A stretch of 62,663 bases of DNA, the filler included, from Choristocarpus tenellus KU-1152 (taxonomy: Eukaryota; Protista; Phaeophyceae): assembly GCA_964200185.2 (NCBI GenBank). It is 10 parts of 10 records of this genome, joined end to end, with 100 filler letters (N's around TTAATTAATTAA, not from the genome) between each part and the next. Parts side by side here need not be neighbours in the genome. Positions count along the whole stretch, not along the records: positions 16,335 to 27,384 come from CAXNAD020002543.1; positions 27,485 to 31,117 come from CAXNAD020018839.1; positions 31,218 to 34,395 come from CAXNAD020021754.1; positions 34,496 to 44,823 come from CAXNAD020002986.1; 6 more parts are not named here. One strand, 5' to 3'. Both the position numbers and the translations under genes were made by a program. Shown in pieces: positions 26,435 to 40,000 of this stretch. Below the pieces are notes generated by a model that was not told where the DNA came from, did no database searches, and was given only the letters and a program-made list of their open reading frames with translations. Every line of letters begins with the position of its first letter. Positions within the stretch are counted from its first letter, which is position 1.

Positions 26435-26674
26435 GATAAGGTGCACTACTTTGTTTTTCTGTGAATTTTCTTGAAGGTGTTATGTTAATATGTACCAGAG
26501 GATCGATTTTTGACTGTTGTATATTGCTTATTGTTCATTCATCAGGATAGAGAGGGGGCAATCAGCGATTGGCTTTCAGTGGATACTCTTGTTTGTCCTT
26601 GGAGGGGTGGGGACAATCCTGTTCATGCGAGGCATTGCTGCCTGTGGGGCCCGCCTGTGTAGTTCCCGATCAAG
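16554..26674 (+). CDS. Callose / 1,3-beta-glucan synthase (GT48, FKS/GSL family), internal 13 exons: 16554-16642, 16976-17102, 18086-18178, 18567-18647, 19250-19318, 20348-20443, 21599-21761, 22409-22503, 22989-23051, 23309-23377, 24403-24489, 25709-25812, 26546-26674
   Basis: All exons splice in frame with GT..AG. They give the hallmark GT48 motifs RFHYGHPDMFDK, GGISKASKGINLSEDIFGGFN, EYIQVGKGRDVG, KISMGNGMQSRSRE, LDLFRLLSFYYTSVGFYLN, AKYMSTGRGFV, SPMIFNPNGVEW, DFDDWVNWM and SWHAWW. Confidence 0.96.
18179..18380. repeat. 9/18-bp tandem repeat (TGATACTTG/TGATAGTTA) at the start of a glucan synthase intron
   Basis: Read directly from sequence. Confidence 0.9.
19561..19900. repeat. 15-bp minisatellite (TACTTTTGTTCTAGT) about 22 copies, intronic
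   Basis: Read directly from sequence; it explains the YFCSS-repeat ORF. Confidence 0.95.
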
Positions 26675-27364
26675 GTGTGAAACTTGGCATATATATATAT
26701 ATATAGCATATTATCTTGCAATGTACATACCAAATTAAATAATAAATAACAAATTGAATATAAATTAAAAAATAATAAAATAAAAATTAAATAGTAAATA
26801 ACAAAATGGTGGTAGGTCTGCCATGCAATAAATGCTGTAAAAAGTATTGTCAGGAGCATTCAGTCATGGGAACAAGTGAGGGTAAATGGGAACATGAGGA
26901 TGTATGTGAGAGATTAAAGTTGAAGTATATTACTGAAATCTTAAAACTAATGATTCTTCATGACTCACTTCATAGTACAATGTTCACCTTGCATACACAC
27001 CTCTTTTGTATAATCTGGAGTATGTTATTATTCTCACCACTGTCAAGTCAATGTCTGGTAACTAAAGGTATGTGTTATGTATTAATGTGCATGTAACAGG
27101 TAGAACTGTATGGGTACATACATAGGGCATAGTGTATCCAGTGGCATTTACAAAATACATTTGTTGAACGATGCCATCATTTATATAACTAAAAATCAGT
27201 GCTCATGATCAACCTTTATCATTTGATCATCCCACACACTTTATACATCGGACTCATTTGATACTACCAGAACTTGTTTGGAAAAAAACTGGAATAGGAA
27301 GGGGAAGGGGGGGAGACCTAAGAAGAGATAGTTGTGTTGACCCTATTGACTCTAATTATTGACT

Positions 27365-27384
27365 GGGTCAAAGTATCTGGGGGG
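27365..27384. mobile_element. MITE terminus GGGTCAAAGTATCTG(n) at contig end; another terminus GGCTCAAAGTATCT at 30635
   Basis: Same terminal motif as 11536 and 16060. Confidence 0.7.
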
Positions 27385-30300
27385 NNNNNNNNNNNNNNNN
27401 NNNNNNNNNNNNNNNNNNNNNNNNNNNNTTAATTAATTAANNNNNNNNNNNNNNNNNNNNNNNNNNNNNNNNNNNNNNNNNNNNATATACAAGGTATGGT
27501 GTGGACGGTGGTCTGACAGGAGAATGAAGGGACAACATGGTTGTAAATCGCCACACATGCCGATGGGAGTTCGACGTTCGATTAGTTTTGGGGTAATTGA
27601 AGGGTTAGGGTTAGCGAGGTAGGCGACGATGGGACCGCCGTCGATGGCCAGTTTCTGAACGGTTTCAAAATAGAAAATACCTAGAACATTGAGTAGTAAT
27701 GTTGGTAGGAACACTAGTGACAGCTGATTTGTGTACGGTCTCCATTGTAATAAATACGGAGAATCGAGTAGTAATGTTCCTGGGACCACATATTGGAGGT
27801 GGCATGTACATGGTCTCAGTGTACAAAAACGTGACGAAACTATACCCTATTTCCATTATAATTGTGTGTACACACCACACATACCCCATAAAACAGATTC
27901 ATGTATTGGGGAACACTTTTGTGTGTCGGGTGTTCTGTTACTTTACTGGTCGTCAGCTAGTTCCGTGTACTTGTCTGCGTTATAAAAGGATACACGGGTT
28001 TTGACGGACCATGGAACAATATAGCATGTATGGCAATTGTACCACATGTTTCCTCCACAAAACGTTTCCCCCTCAAGAAAAACGATGCCCACCATGTGGG
28101 TAAAAAACACCCGACAGGTTCCTACAAGGATAAGATCGAGGGAAACACCAATCCTGTTCTTACGACAAAAATATAGTCAATATAGACGATGCAGCAATCC
28201 TACTAGCTGTACTTATGTATAGATCGTATCAAGATTTGTTTTTTGTGAGGGATTGGAAGTAAAAGAACATTTGAGGATGTAAATCTTGTTATCACAAAGT
28301 TAGAAAGAACTCAATACGTTCGACTTTGTTTTTTTTTCAGTAGTGACACACCTGTAAAAGGTCACGTCATACCCTCTCCATTTTTGGCAATACAACCTAC
28401 ACAAAATCTATTTGTTGTGGAATCTATCCTCTTTGTAGTATATATTTGTAATAAACACAACTGTATATTTATACATGTCTAATGTAATATTCTGTGTCTA
28501 ATGTTTAAATGCTGTGTGCATTGTGGTTATACGTAGGTGGTTACTGTTCCTACAATTAGTATATAGGTATGAAGAAGATTTCAACAACTGTTCTTCCAAT
28601 ACTGAACGAAAATTCAAGTGTTTCACGAACACAAGACGAAGTTGTCCAATCCTCCACACTATACCTTGTTCGCCCAATTCATAGATAGGTGATAGTAATA
28701 CTTGAGAATTTCAGTTTCGATTGGATGCTGTTTTGAGTTCGACAGTGACTAGAAAATGTAGAACTTTGTGCGGTGATTGTATTAGATCGTTCTTTGATAG
28801 GTTTATGTGAATGTTGAGTTGTCCATCAAATTTGCAGGTGGTTGTGGTACCCATCCTTTCATGAGTGTTGATTCAAGGTTGATGGTGACGTTCACGATCT
28901 TCCGAAGTTGTGGAGTGTAAGTGTTGATGGCGATAATACTGTAATTGGTAAATGATGCGCCAGAAGTTTGTACGAGGGACACCAATGTTGGTTCACCTGA
29001 TGTGTAAGCAGGGAAGACCTTGACGATTCGTCCAGTTCGCGAAGGAAAGAAAGGATGGAGATGGACACGTGAAGCGAACACACTCTCGTAGCCACAAAAT
29101 TAAAGGGTTGTGTAGTGGTTTTGAAATAGATATCGACGGCGAGATACAAATACGGTGAGTAGTGAACGTATACTTCTGTCCTGGAGTTCACAGATTTACA
29201 GCAGCGTGGAATATTTGAGCAGGTTAAAAGCGATTCTGATTCAGTGAAGATTGTGTGTGTGTAGGTGTTGTAGGGGCGGGGTTGTTGATGAAATTAACGA
29301 TCCTTTGTAGTTGTAGAGGGCAGAGTTGATAGCGATGAGTGATCAGTGGCGCACCAGAAGTTCGACATAAAGTATACGATCACTGGTCTACGTTATGCAA
29401 AGGTAGGCGATATATTTTTTTCTGTTAGGCGTTGCCAAGGAAAAGGGAGGACGAAACTTGCACCAAACCCACTCCCCTTTTCACCGAATCAATATATCAA
29501 CACAAAAACCATGAGTTGATTTCAGTCAGAAGATGTGAGATCCCTTGAACGTAGGTATAAAGGTAAATGTATAGCGATGCTCTATTGGCGCCGCACAGTC
29601 AATGTCAAGTCTCATCACAGCGAAGAATAACGGCAAGATCTCAACCCTTGAGCACCGCGCTTATACTAAGATGTTAATATTGGGGATGAATCAATGCACC
29701 AGTTTGCAAACTTACCGTTTTGTCTTTCCTCCTACAACACCTCCCTCGAACCTGTCCTTCGCATGTTACAGCAATAGATAGTACTGAATACAGTCATCTC
29801 TGTTTCTATTCCTATTAAATTGAAGTTGATCGTGCACTAAAGGGTAGGTTATCGTTCTATGCAGGCATGTGAGTCCTTCAATTGCTAAATATATCTTTGG
29901 CCGTTGCGGAACTCCTGCTGGCAATCGACACCATCAAGGCTGAAAGGTCAGACGTTCTTCATATCCTGAAGGAAGGGCATTGTAAAGAGGTGTGACTCAA
30001 AGCAGCATTGCATTTGTTTGTATATGTGCATACACAAGGGGGATGTATGAGTATTGTGTGTTTATAACCTGCTTCCTTCCCATTTCATCGTGGCAATCAT
30101 GTAGTGAAAATCGAAGCAACTTTTGATTTTACACGTGCGGGGGAATCACACTATATTTGTTTCGTTGTACTCTTTGCACAGACTCCCTGTTTATCTTGGT
30201 TCCCTCCCTCCAACCAATATCCAGTTACTGTAGGAGTGATTGTTTCCCTCTGCACAATTGTTGATGAAAACAGTTGATGTCATCATCTCTCTCATCTCCA

Positions 30301-31239
30301 TAATGTTGTAGCATGCATTTCCTACTCAACCTCGAACGTTTAGGGCTAGGTTCAGAGATGATTTTTTTGAAGATTACTGTGGCTGCAGTGCTTGAAGGAA
30401 GATCAATCTAGTGCAACGAATCCTGCAGGTAATGACCTTTACTGCTGTTCTTTGTCAGCAAAGAAGTAAGCAGGTCCTCTAGGTACCGATTGAATAAAAA
30501 ACTAGACAGTGGATTCAAGTAAGGAGACAACTGCGAGTGGTGTTGCGGTGTTGTGGTGCCCTAGCATGGGAGATGATGCAAAGAAGGTTTGTGATATATT
30601 AGATTCTGAAAAAAAGGAAATTTACAAACATATGGGCTCAAAGTATCTAGGAGGGCATGGACGTCCTGCTGGTACTTAGGACAATATTTACTATCTGACT
30701 TGTCAAATTGTACTGCATCGTAATTTGTAATTTGTTCAGCTGTCGCTCAGATGAGATATGCGAGGTTTCTGTCATACATGCTTACCGACATAAATATTTT
30801 CCAGAGTGGGAGATCAGGTCCATTATTCTCAACGTACTACTTTATTACTGTAGCCCCAACGTTTTTGTGCATAGTATTGAGCACCGTCCCCCTTTCTACC
30901 AACACCAAACGTCACTACAAGGTCTACTCTAAGCACCCTCTTCATTTTCGGGAGAACTGTTCGTCTACATGCTTTCGAGAGAAAACCTTTCAGTGGAGGT
31001 AAGCACATAGCACATTGTAGCAGCATATTTGTTACAGGCGTCCCTCAAAGCTTACCTCCACGGGATGTATAACTCCAATCTACGGGCCTATAGATGATAC
31101 TGATGTACGTATAGGACNNNNNNNNNNNNNNNNNNNNNNNNNNNNNNNNNNNNNNNNNNNNTTAATTAATTAANNNNNNNNNNNNNNNNNNNNNNNNNNN
31201 NNNNNNNNNNNNNNNNNAGACAAGACAGACAGAAAGGGA

Positions 31240-31398
31240 GGGGGGGGGGGGGGGGGGGGGGGGGGTGGGGTCTACACCAGGGTGTCCATTTGGACCATAA
31301 CCATACCATGTATGCAACCAAATCACACAAAATTCGCGACATGAAAAAATTGGCCCCATATGGACAGCCTTAACCCCCGCCCCTGGATACTTTGAGCC
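31240..31398. mobile_element. MITE copy, reverse orientation relative to 16060
   Basis: Reverse complement reads GGCTCAAAGTATCC..gtccat.tgggg.caattt.ttcatgtcgcga.tttt..ccaaatggacaccctgg.gtaga.ccc, colinear with 16060-16225. Confidence 0.82.
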
Positions 31399-34300
31399 AA
31401 AAGTGTGAGAATAGCGGATCAGGTATTAGATTAAAGTTGCCCAATCTAACAAAGCTAGCAAGATTGGCATGCGATCTTCAATATGACGAAGAAGGGGCAC
31501 TGATCCGTAAAGTGAAGAAATGGTGGCTCCGGTGTTCAGTTCTTGCAGGTTCTCAGCTGTATATATTGGTGGATAAGAAGGACAAAATTTGTGACACCAG
31601 CTACAATGACGCCCTTTCCCATGCAATATGTTCTGTTGCTTAGGTCACGGATCAGGGATTACTCCGCAAAATAATTGAATTAACTCCAGACTAGACTAAA
31701 TATCCTTGTCAATCCCACTTGACGAGTGTCCCATTGATCAAAGATGGCATCGCCCTAGTTCACACTAGGTGTGATGACAACTCGTAATTTATCAGTGGTG
31801 ATTATATCGTATGGTGAGGATGAATTACGCCACATCTGAACATTATATAATTGCTAGATTTTGCACATTGAAAGAAGTGAAGTGGTTGTCACTCGTGATA
31901 AAAACAGAGAAGAAGGAGGAGACTGTTTCGTACAGAACTGTCGAAAATATTGCTTGTGATATACGGCCGTTTCATAAGGGGAAACAAGGCGCTAGTTAGG
32001 CCACTATGTGGATCAGGTGAACAGAAAAGGGTGTCTTAGACACAATATAGAGTAAACACGATATTCAAAATTGCATCTTTACCCCCTGAATACACTCCAC
32101 CACACTCCATACCACCACACTCCACCACCACACTCACTCGTTCGTGCTATATACTCTGACGAAACACAGACACAGTAGTAGTGTGATATCCATAGTATCT
32201 TCTTTGTAATAATGACTATGTTGCAGGCCTGTAGTGGCTGCACTACTCGCTCCTTCATGACCGCAACATGGATGTCCGTTTTCGGGTAAGTATTTGTGAG
32301 CATCTTCGAACTGGAAGAGTGAACTAAAGATATTCATTGGCTAGCACAACTAACAAAGTAATCCTTGCCCCCCACGACGACCTCTGCAAAGATGGGCTTC
32401 GCAGCATACTCACTCACTTCCTCATCTTCGCCTAGATTCAGATGTCCACTTTGCCCTGTCGATTGTTTTGTATCATAGGTGGTACGGTAGTAGGTATTAT
32501 TTCATGGTTGATATGAAAGATCAAGTTCATATCTTTTCTAAGTACACTAGGTGTACACTGAAACGAACTTATCCAGTATTGTTGTGTTTTGAAAAGTGAG
32601 AATAATAACCGTATTGATCGAGTTTAAAATGAAATGTATAGTTGTGATGTTGACGTTCTAACACAAAATTGTAGAATTTGTGTTGCAAGAGGAGTAAAAA
32701 AGAAAAACTATGGTAATGTGGTACCCATAGTTCGCCCTCCCACTGTAGCAATCTTGCTTTTTTATACCGGAACGGCACAATAATTACTCAACAATATATA
32801 TATATATCAAATGAAAGCTTATGACTAGAGCCTTGGAAGGTTTGTATCCATGAAGGTTCAGACTTCGGGGAACCATAGCCATGTCAAGTAATGGCAAAGA
32901 CACAGGGGAACAACTTCGTCGCAATTTTGAAGGTTACGACTTTAAAAGAACGAACAAAAATGAAGCGGTTGGCCAAAATCCCCGCAAAAAACTGTTGCGT
33001 GTTAGGTTGTTGCCCAAGTTTGATCCATGTGGCGATACCTAAAAAAAAGCAAATTTGCGTACAACTTTTTAGCATCTTTTGTAGACTTTCTATGAGCACA
33101 CACACACGCGACCCACACAGTGGTCGGGTTACATCCTCCTCGAAGGGTACGCACCTGATGACCTTTCACGAAAAGGAAGTCTTGTCGTGTTTTCTCCTCC
33201 TGACATGCCCAGTGCGTAGGGTTACGTACAGCACATAGGGATAGCTGCAGACGAATTCGATCCTCGTGGAAGGGATATGCACCTGGTCTCCCTTGACCAA
33301 GAAAGTATGGTCTTTTCAACCCCTTCCGATAAGGTTGTATGAAAATTTCTCAGTTGTATACGACGGAACAACCGTCTTCACTTAATTTTGTAACCCTAAG
33401 AGCATATTGGCATATAGTGGTTCCAAACAGGCTAGTTTGAGTGTTCCTTTTTCTCAGGAATCAAGAAGGAAATTTTTGGGGTGAGGTTTGCTCTTTACAT
33501 ATATATGTGGAAATTGAAACGAGGTCTGTAATGACGTTGAAATAGGACAAATACAGACCCGACATATTAATTATTGAACAAAGAAAACTATATGTACAAC
33601 TCTCCATCCTCTATAACTTCAATAGTGTGATAGGGTCAAATTGTGGAGTGTACATCTTTTTTCATAGTTGAACATTTGAAGAATTATATTGTAGTGCAGA
33701 AAAAAAATAATCCTCGCCAAACAACACTCGTGACCAACACCCACACTCGTTCACTCACCCAACCACCAACCAAGGAGCCTCACAAATATAGACCATTCAT
33801 TGTCGCCGTTCGTGGAGAGCACCATAACCATCACACCGCAGACGTAGGATGGCCACCCGTCAGTCACTAGGGGACCTGGCTAACACAGGAAATGAACTCG
33901 TGGACTCCGGAGAGGTAGACCCTGCGACTACCCAAGGTTAAGCCCAGGCCTCCGTAGCTATTAGACATACTTCAATGTAGCCTAGGCTTTCTATAAAAAC
34001 GGCAATGAGGCATAAGCGCTTGTAGAATTAATATAGTTTTTAGAGGATGCCATACGCTTCTCAAATCCAACTTTTACATCGGAATTAGAGACTTGTGGTG
34101 TTCACCAGTTACACCGTAGGTCAGAACTGGTGACGCACATGTCCTCCCTTCAACAGCACCACAAAACCTCTCGATGAAGAACGTTACATCCGATTCATCA
34201 ATCCCGATACATATCAGTGGTTGACGATATTCCTACCGATATCTATTTACCCTAATCCTAACCCTTACCCCAACCCTAACCCTCTACCTCAACCTCAACA

Positions 34301-34496
34301 CCATCCCCGACCCTTACAATCCCAATGCCATGCCAACACGTGTTTTGCTCTTCCTTCATCAATTAACCTAGTGCAATGTTTGGTGTACTTTGCCGNNNNN
34401 NNNNNNNNNNNNNNNNNNNNNNNNNNNNNNNNNNNNNNNTTAATTAATTAANNNNNNNNNNNNNNNNNNNNNNNNNNNNNNNNNNNNNNNNNNNNA

Positions 34497-34700
34497 CCTC
34501 CATGAGCCCCCTTGTCATGTTCAAGGGTGAGGGGGTCCAGCATTTATGAGTGGAGGGTGGTGCTGAGGGGCATTGTCTACAGCTTCACCAGTTGTTTGCA
34601 GCTACACCATCCCCGCTAATTCCCAAGGTGTACTTTGACTACTTTAAGGACTTTGTGAGGAAGTTGAGGACCGAAGTTGTGTTGGTTGCAAGCCACAAAT
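34497..34700 (+). mobile_element. Decayed pogo/Tigger-like (DDE_1) transposase fragment
   Basis: MSPLVMFKGEGVQHL*VEGGAEG/IVYSFTS...KVYFDYFKDFVRKLR resembles the P..IFKG...W...G..Y...F.DWF..F segment of DDE_1, with a stop and frameshifts. Confidence 0.5.
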
Positions 34701-36855
34701 TTTGTTTTTGAGACTCATTCCAAATATTTTGGTGGTTGACGTAGGGTATGGCTCCAGATATGTTGCAGGTCATACATGTGAACACCATAGTTGGGGGACA
34801 CCTCAAGGAGAAGAAGTCCAACAAGATTCCTATTGTGAAGGTCCGCTTGGGGTAGATTGGGCTGTGGATTTCTCTTCTGCCACAGACAAGGAAAGTATGA
34901 GGTGCCTCCAAATGGATACGAGGGATTAAAGATAGCGAAAAGGGTGGAAAAGTACAGGATAGCAAAGACGAAAGCCCCAATGTAGAAAGCCACCAAAGTT
35001 ACGCCCAAAGCAGCCTGCTTCCTAGCTCCAAGCAACAAATGCCTCTATGCAGTGAGTGAGGAGCATGGTAGGGGGATTAGATGGGGCTGGTGATTGTGGG
35101 AGGCGGGGTAGAGACCGTAGGGGGATGCTATCAAACCACCTCCTATGTGTCCTCTTTATCAAGTCCTCCACGAAATGAAGTACACACCACCCCCACGAGC
35201 ATTTTGTTCGGGATGCCTTTGGGTCCTGCTCCCTTCCTATGACATAACTGTAAGGCTTCAGGGGCTTTCCCGGCACCCAATCCGACCTAAACATGTCTCT
35301 GGGCTACCGGGAGTCTCCTAAGGTACCTCTGAGGGCGTTGATGGTAGTGTAAATAACTCCAGGGCACCATATAGAGGTCTGGTCCTTTGTAATATACCCG
35401 ATTTTTTGAAAATTATTTTACTGTGGTTGAATGTGTCTTACAAATGTGAGCATGTTTTTTGTTAGGAACCCATGTAGGTATAGACAACCTACATTTTGTC
35501 GGACACAAAGCACCAGTAAGTTCTTTGATAGGAAGTTTGGTCAAGGCTTCATAGAGAGTTAAACCTGTTCTCCATCAGTCTTTGATACCCTGGTTCATAT
35601 TTCTAAATAAATGGCATAGAATATTATCCATATACCCTCCCTACAAATAATGGGTTACACAAGGAGATAGGTGATGTTATACACAAACTAAAGTATTTTT
35701 GTTGAGCTCTATCTTAGCTGAGTAAGACTGTTCAAAATCTGTTTATGAAACTTTTTCCTGTTTTACTTAGACCCCTACAAGTCGACTTTCAGTACTTATC
35801 ACCTTGCCAACAAGTATTCACTTAACAAGTCTGGTTCTGGATTTGGGTTGAGACTTTCAAAAGAATGAAATGTGACCTTTGTCCAAAAATCGAAATTTCG
35901 AAAAATCAGGCAATAGAACCTGTGAAAAGAGTTCCTGTGGAGTCATCGGAAATTTGATTCGGAAGCTTTTATCACAGGGAATCTTCAAACAAAATTGGTC
36001 TAGTTTTTTGTTGAGAATGGTTTTGGAAAGATGAAACGGATTTGAAGGTGCCACATTTTCCTGATTTAGTGGGAGAACTTTTGATCTCAAAAGGATGAGA
36101 TCCTAAACGTTTCATTTTGAAGAAGAGACCTGAGTTGCACAGAGTAGCTCAATGGAGTCGTGCAGTTTCATCATTGGGTGATTTGGAGCATGCTTTGTGG
36201 GCTCATATTGTGTAACATTGATCAATAACGTACCTACTTCGGGGCTGAGTATTTAGGAAGGTTGTCCTTCAAAACGTCACCATTAATGGAATATTTAGTT
36301 TGCTTGGCTGACACTGGCTGCTCGGGCCTTGGCTGTGGCCACTATGCGTATGGACATCGATATTGAAGGAATGTGTAGTAGCTGTGGTGAACGCTGCAAT
36401 CATGAAATGAGCCCAACTGCTGAGAGCACGAAGAAGAGGGTGGAATGATGGATAGGAGTAAGTAATCCATCACGGCATTTATGATGGTCAGTCGTTGCAG
36501 CGGCATGAAATGGAGAAGGTGGATCTGTAGGCTGACATAATAGTCTGGTGACTGATGAAAAAATGCAAGTTCAAAAGCGAGTGAGCTCAGGCTGACTTGT
36601 CTACTAACATGATTTTTGTTTTTCAATTTTGAAGACAAAGCAATATGTCCCTAATACAAATTGATTGAAATATAGAAGTGCTTGGACTCTTGGAGTTTTG
36701 ACTTGTGACACTATGGATCTTTTGATCAATTTGATATTCTTTTTTTTTTCATTCAAGGGATAGTATATGTTTGTTCTCTTGTTGCGAGTGTTAACCTGCC
36801 TGTGAGCAAGACTTCATTAGATATCTAAATCCGGTCTTATTTGTTGTCGATGCAG

Positions 36856-37142
36856 GGACAAGGAGTGGACCGGCACTTGTTTGCCCTCATGTGCATTGCT
36901 CAGAGGCTCACAGGCAATGACAAGAAGCAAGAAATGATCCATGCAAAAATAGATGAGACGGTGCAAGAGGGAGGGGAAGAGGACAGAGATAGAGGCAAAT
37001 ATAAAAATAAAGGGGAGGTGAAGGCTGAATCCTCTGATGAAATATCAAATGGCTTGAGAGGAGGCCATGATAGCTTGCCACTTCCTGCCATATTTCGAGA
37101 CGAGGCATGGGAGAGGCTCAATCACGTCATACTTTCCACCAG
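36856..37142 (+). CDS. Choline/carnitine O-acyltransferase (CPT2-like), single near-C-terminal exon
   Basis: cag|GQGVDRHLFALMCIAQRL...LPLPAIFRDEAWERLNHVILST|gtatca matches the GQGxDRHLFAL and NHxxLSTS motifs of the family. Confidence 0.88.
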
Positions 37143-38599
37143 GTATCAGAAGAAATGCGTGTTGGGGTGGGGGGTGGAGGAGCTCTTGGCCTATTGTCCT
37201 TCTTGGTGTCTTTTCCTGTCTGATCGATGCGCTGTCATCAAGGTTGGCGTTTTCTCACTGTTGGTCATATGCTGTGTGGATGTCTTGGTACTGGTTGACT
37301 TTCTGTTTGGATTCCCTTTCAATATTATCATAGAGTCATGGCTTACAGTATTTCAGTTTCATTTTTTCCCTTGTACTGGATGCATGTGTTGCATGTGTTG
37401 CTATTGGTTGGTGGTTGAAGTGTATATATTGAATTTGTATTTACCTCACTTTGGTTTTTATTATTAATTAACTCTCAAACAAAAATATGGTCAACCAAGT
37501 GTAGCAACTCTAGAAATTTTACAAGAAATTTTCCTTTGGAAGTCCAACACTCCCACCTCGGTCCCATAGATCCAGCATCTCCAACCACCAAAGGTTTCGA
37601 CACATCGGAAGGTCCGATGTAGGGAAGCCCTTAACCCCATGTGCTCGCAAAGACCTTGGACAACAGCCTCATGTTCTCCATTTTAAGTAGCTGGAGGTAG
37701 TTCGCAAAGTTTGTTTTGTTGGTATGAATGCTGATATAACCACTTTCTGGCACGTCACAAGACATTTACCACTCACTGGTGTTTCATCTTTCTCAATGCT
37801 GACATAGGGTCAGGTCTTTAGTATCCTCCACCCCGTCCTGGTAAAATTGTGATGCTGGTGCTCATTGAGAGTGCAGCTAGGTCAGGGGCCTGGGACAAGG
37901 CGAAAACTACTTTGAGAACAGCATTGAGCAGGGTTTCTTATATCCTGGGCTTTTCAGCAGACCAAGTGAATGCAAAGGGATCAGTCCTTTAACTGGACTG
38001 GTTCAAACATTTTCGGACATGTTCGGACCAGGTCCACCAAGTATTGGAACCTGTTCAGTCGTTGAGGTGGGCAGGTTAAGATATTTCCCAATCCCAACAT
38101 GTCCGTACCAGGGTCATCAAAGATTGTGTATCCAGATCAGGCTGTGGGTTAGCATTTGGCCATGTTAAAACATATATGGTATGTGGGCGGCCTGGTCTGA
38201 TCCCAATATATTTTTATCACAATGACAAGTAAGAGGATGGCTGAAGGGATACATTACAGAAAAAAACTCTTTATTCTCACATGCATCAAGGATAATTTTG
38301 GATATTCTGACTGGGTCGGTTGGATGAAAGTGCTTTATCTGTGGCCATCAATTGTTTGATATGGTCAGGCAGCTGGTCAGCCCAATATCAATATATTCTA
38401 ATGAAGCTGATCTATGGCTGTCAACTGTTTCGACATTTGTAGACCTGAGTCTGGTCCCAGTCATGGCCAGGGCCTTGTCTATGCAAACAGCTTATGGTGA
38501 TGCATAGCCCCCCCTTATTCAAGAGTAGTGTGCGTCACTTGAGGCATCTCACAGTAGTGGATCAATTAAAGAATTTGCCCGGGGTCAATCTCACAGGGT

Positions 38600-39400
38600 G
38601 TGATAAATGAACTAGGATCATTCTCTTTTTTTGCATGAACATGCTTGGAGAAGTCCCTACTTCTATTACCGTACTCATCAGTCAGGCAAATCAAGAAGTC
38701 TATGCTGGTAGGGAACTGCATTTATCTACCTTCAATGTTTCAGTATCTTTATCTATCTGTAGTTGTATGTCATTTATACTGAATCATGACTGGTATTCCA
38801 AGAAGTTTTTGACACCACAAAAGCGTACTGGGTTCACTACTTTGAGGAGGTCCAGCGCATCTGTTATTTGGGAAGCAGGTCTTCCATGTTGTACTGTGTT
38901 TTGTGGTGATCGCACAACGTCAGGTCATTCCTGATGGCTGAATCTGAATGGATCAAGTAGAGCGCTGAGTGGTAGTGAAGGGCATCACATTGTCTTGACT
39001 ACCAGAAACATCGCCACGAGGAAAACTCATGAATGGCAAAGAGCAATCTAGCATCTAGCAAAGGCACTTGGTAGTGCTAAGAAAAAGTCCAAATATTTTT
39101 GAACTATGGACCACACTATTCCCATAATTCAAATCTAGATAGGCAAAAGGATGCCTCACAATAGTACTTTTCGAACGCAAGGGTCACAGGTTGTCCGTCA
39201 CTACGAAGGATATGGTCATTCTCAAGAGTACTGCTGTATTGAATCCGTGGATAACATGACCACACCCTATGCAACCAGAGCACACCTGCTGAACCTGGAA
39301 GACGGTCAAACATCTGCCAGGAACAACCCAGCACTTGTCAAGAACCGGCTCCCAATTTTTTACTGAAGTCCCATGGACACACCTCTTGGGTAGTCTTTAG
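38600..39400 (+). mobile_element. Possible highly decayed Ty3/Gypsy RNase H-integrase relic
   Basis: SQANQEVYAGRELHL..FILNHD, NV/VIPDG and VPWTHL fall in the order expected for RNase H then integrase. Many stops and frameshifts. Confidence 0.3.
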
Positions 39401-39498
39401 TGCAGGTCATTATTCCCTCATCCAAGGGAAATCAACAACTAACATACTCTCAAAGGTGCATGAACAACATATTCTGCTATGCATACACTGAAAAGCTT

Positions 39499-39756
39499 GA
39501 GTCAAAGTAAGCGAGAGGTACCCAGAGTTGCATTTCAAGAATGTCGGGAAGTATGTCCAAAATTCTACTTTTGTTGCAAGTGTTTAAAGTATATTTTCCG
39601 AATTATGTTGAAAATTTTGAAATAGCAGAGAAATATAACCTCTCAAGCCAAACTTAGCACTCATCCATAGAAATATGGGTGGGTTGCCAAAGATTGAAAT
39701 ACTAGCTTATAATGTAAAACGGTCAAAAACTGGGTACCTCTTGTTTACTTTGACTC
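39499..39756. mobile_element. MITE with GAGTCAAAGTAA..GAGGTACCCA TIRs
   Basis: GAGTCAAAGTAAGCGAGAGGTACCCAG at the left end; CTGGGTACCTCTTGTTTACTTTGACTC at the right end. Confidence 0.8.
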
Positions 39757-40000
39757 AAAGTGGGGAGGATGTTGCTTCAACAGCTACAAAGGGATTTTAC
39801 TCTTACTCTGCGACACCCTTAAATGAGATGATCCGTTCATCAACCTTTGTCAGAACTACAGGAAACCCTCACCAAGGTATATCCGACAAAGACTGAGTAA
39901 CTCATAAACTACAAACACAACTATCCAATGTGATCAAGAAACTGTTGCACTGAACATGAAATTGTTGGAGATATTTTTTCCAATACTAATTCAGCATATT

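Noticed and set aside
33150-33190. Hammerhead ribozyme core (CTGATGA plus hairpin); similar at 43080-43100 on the minus strand
   Set aside because: No GAAA after stem II and no stems I/III; the second case is Copia coding sequence.
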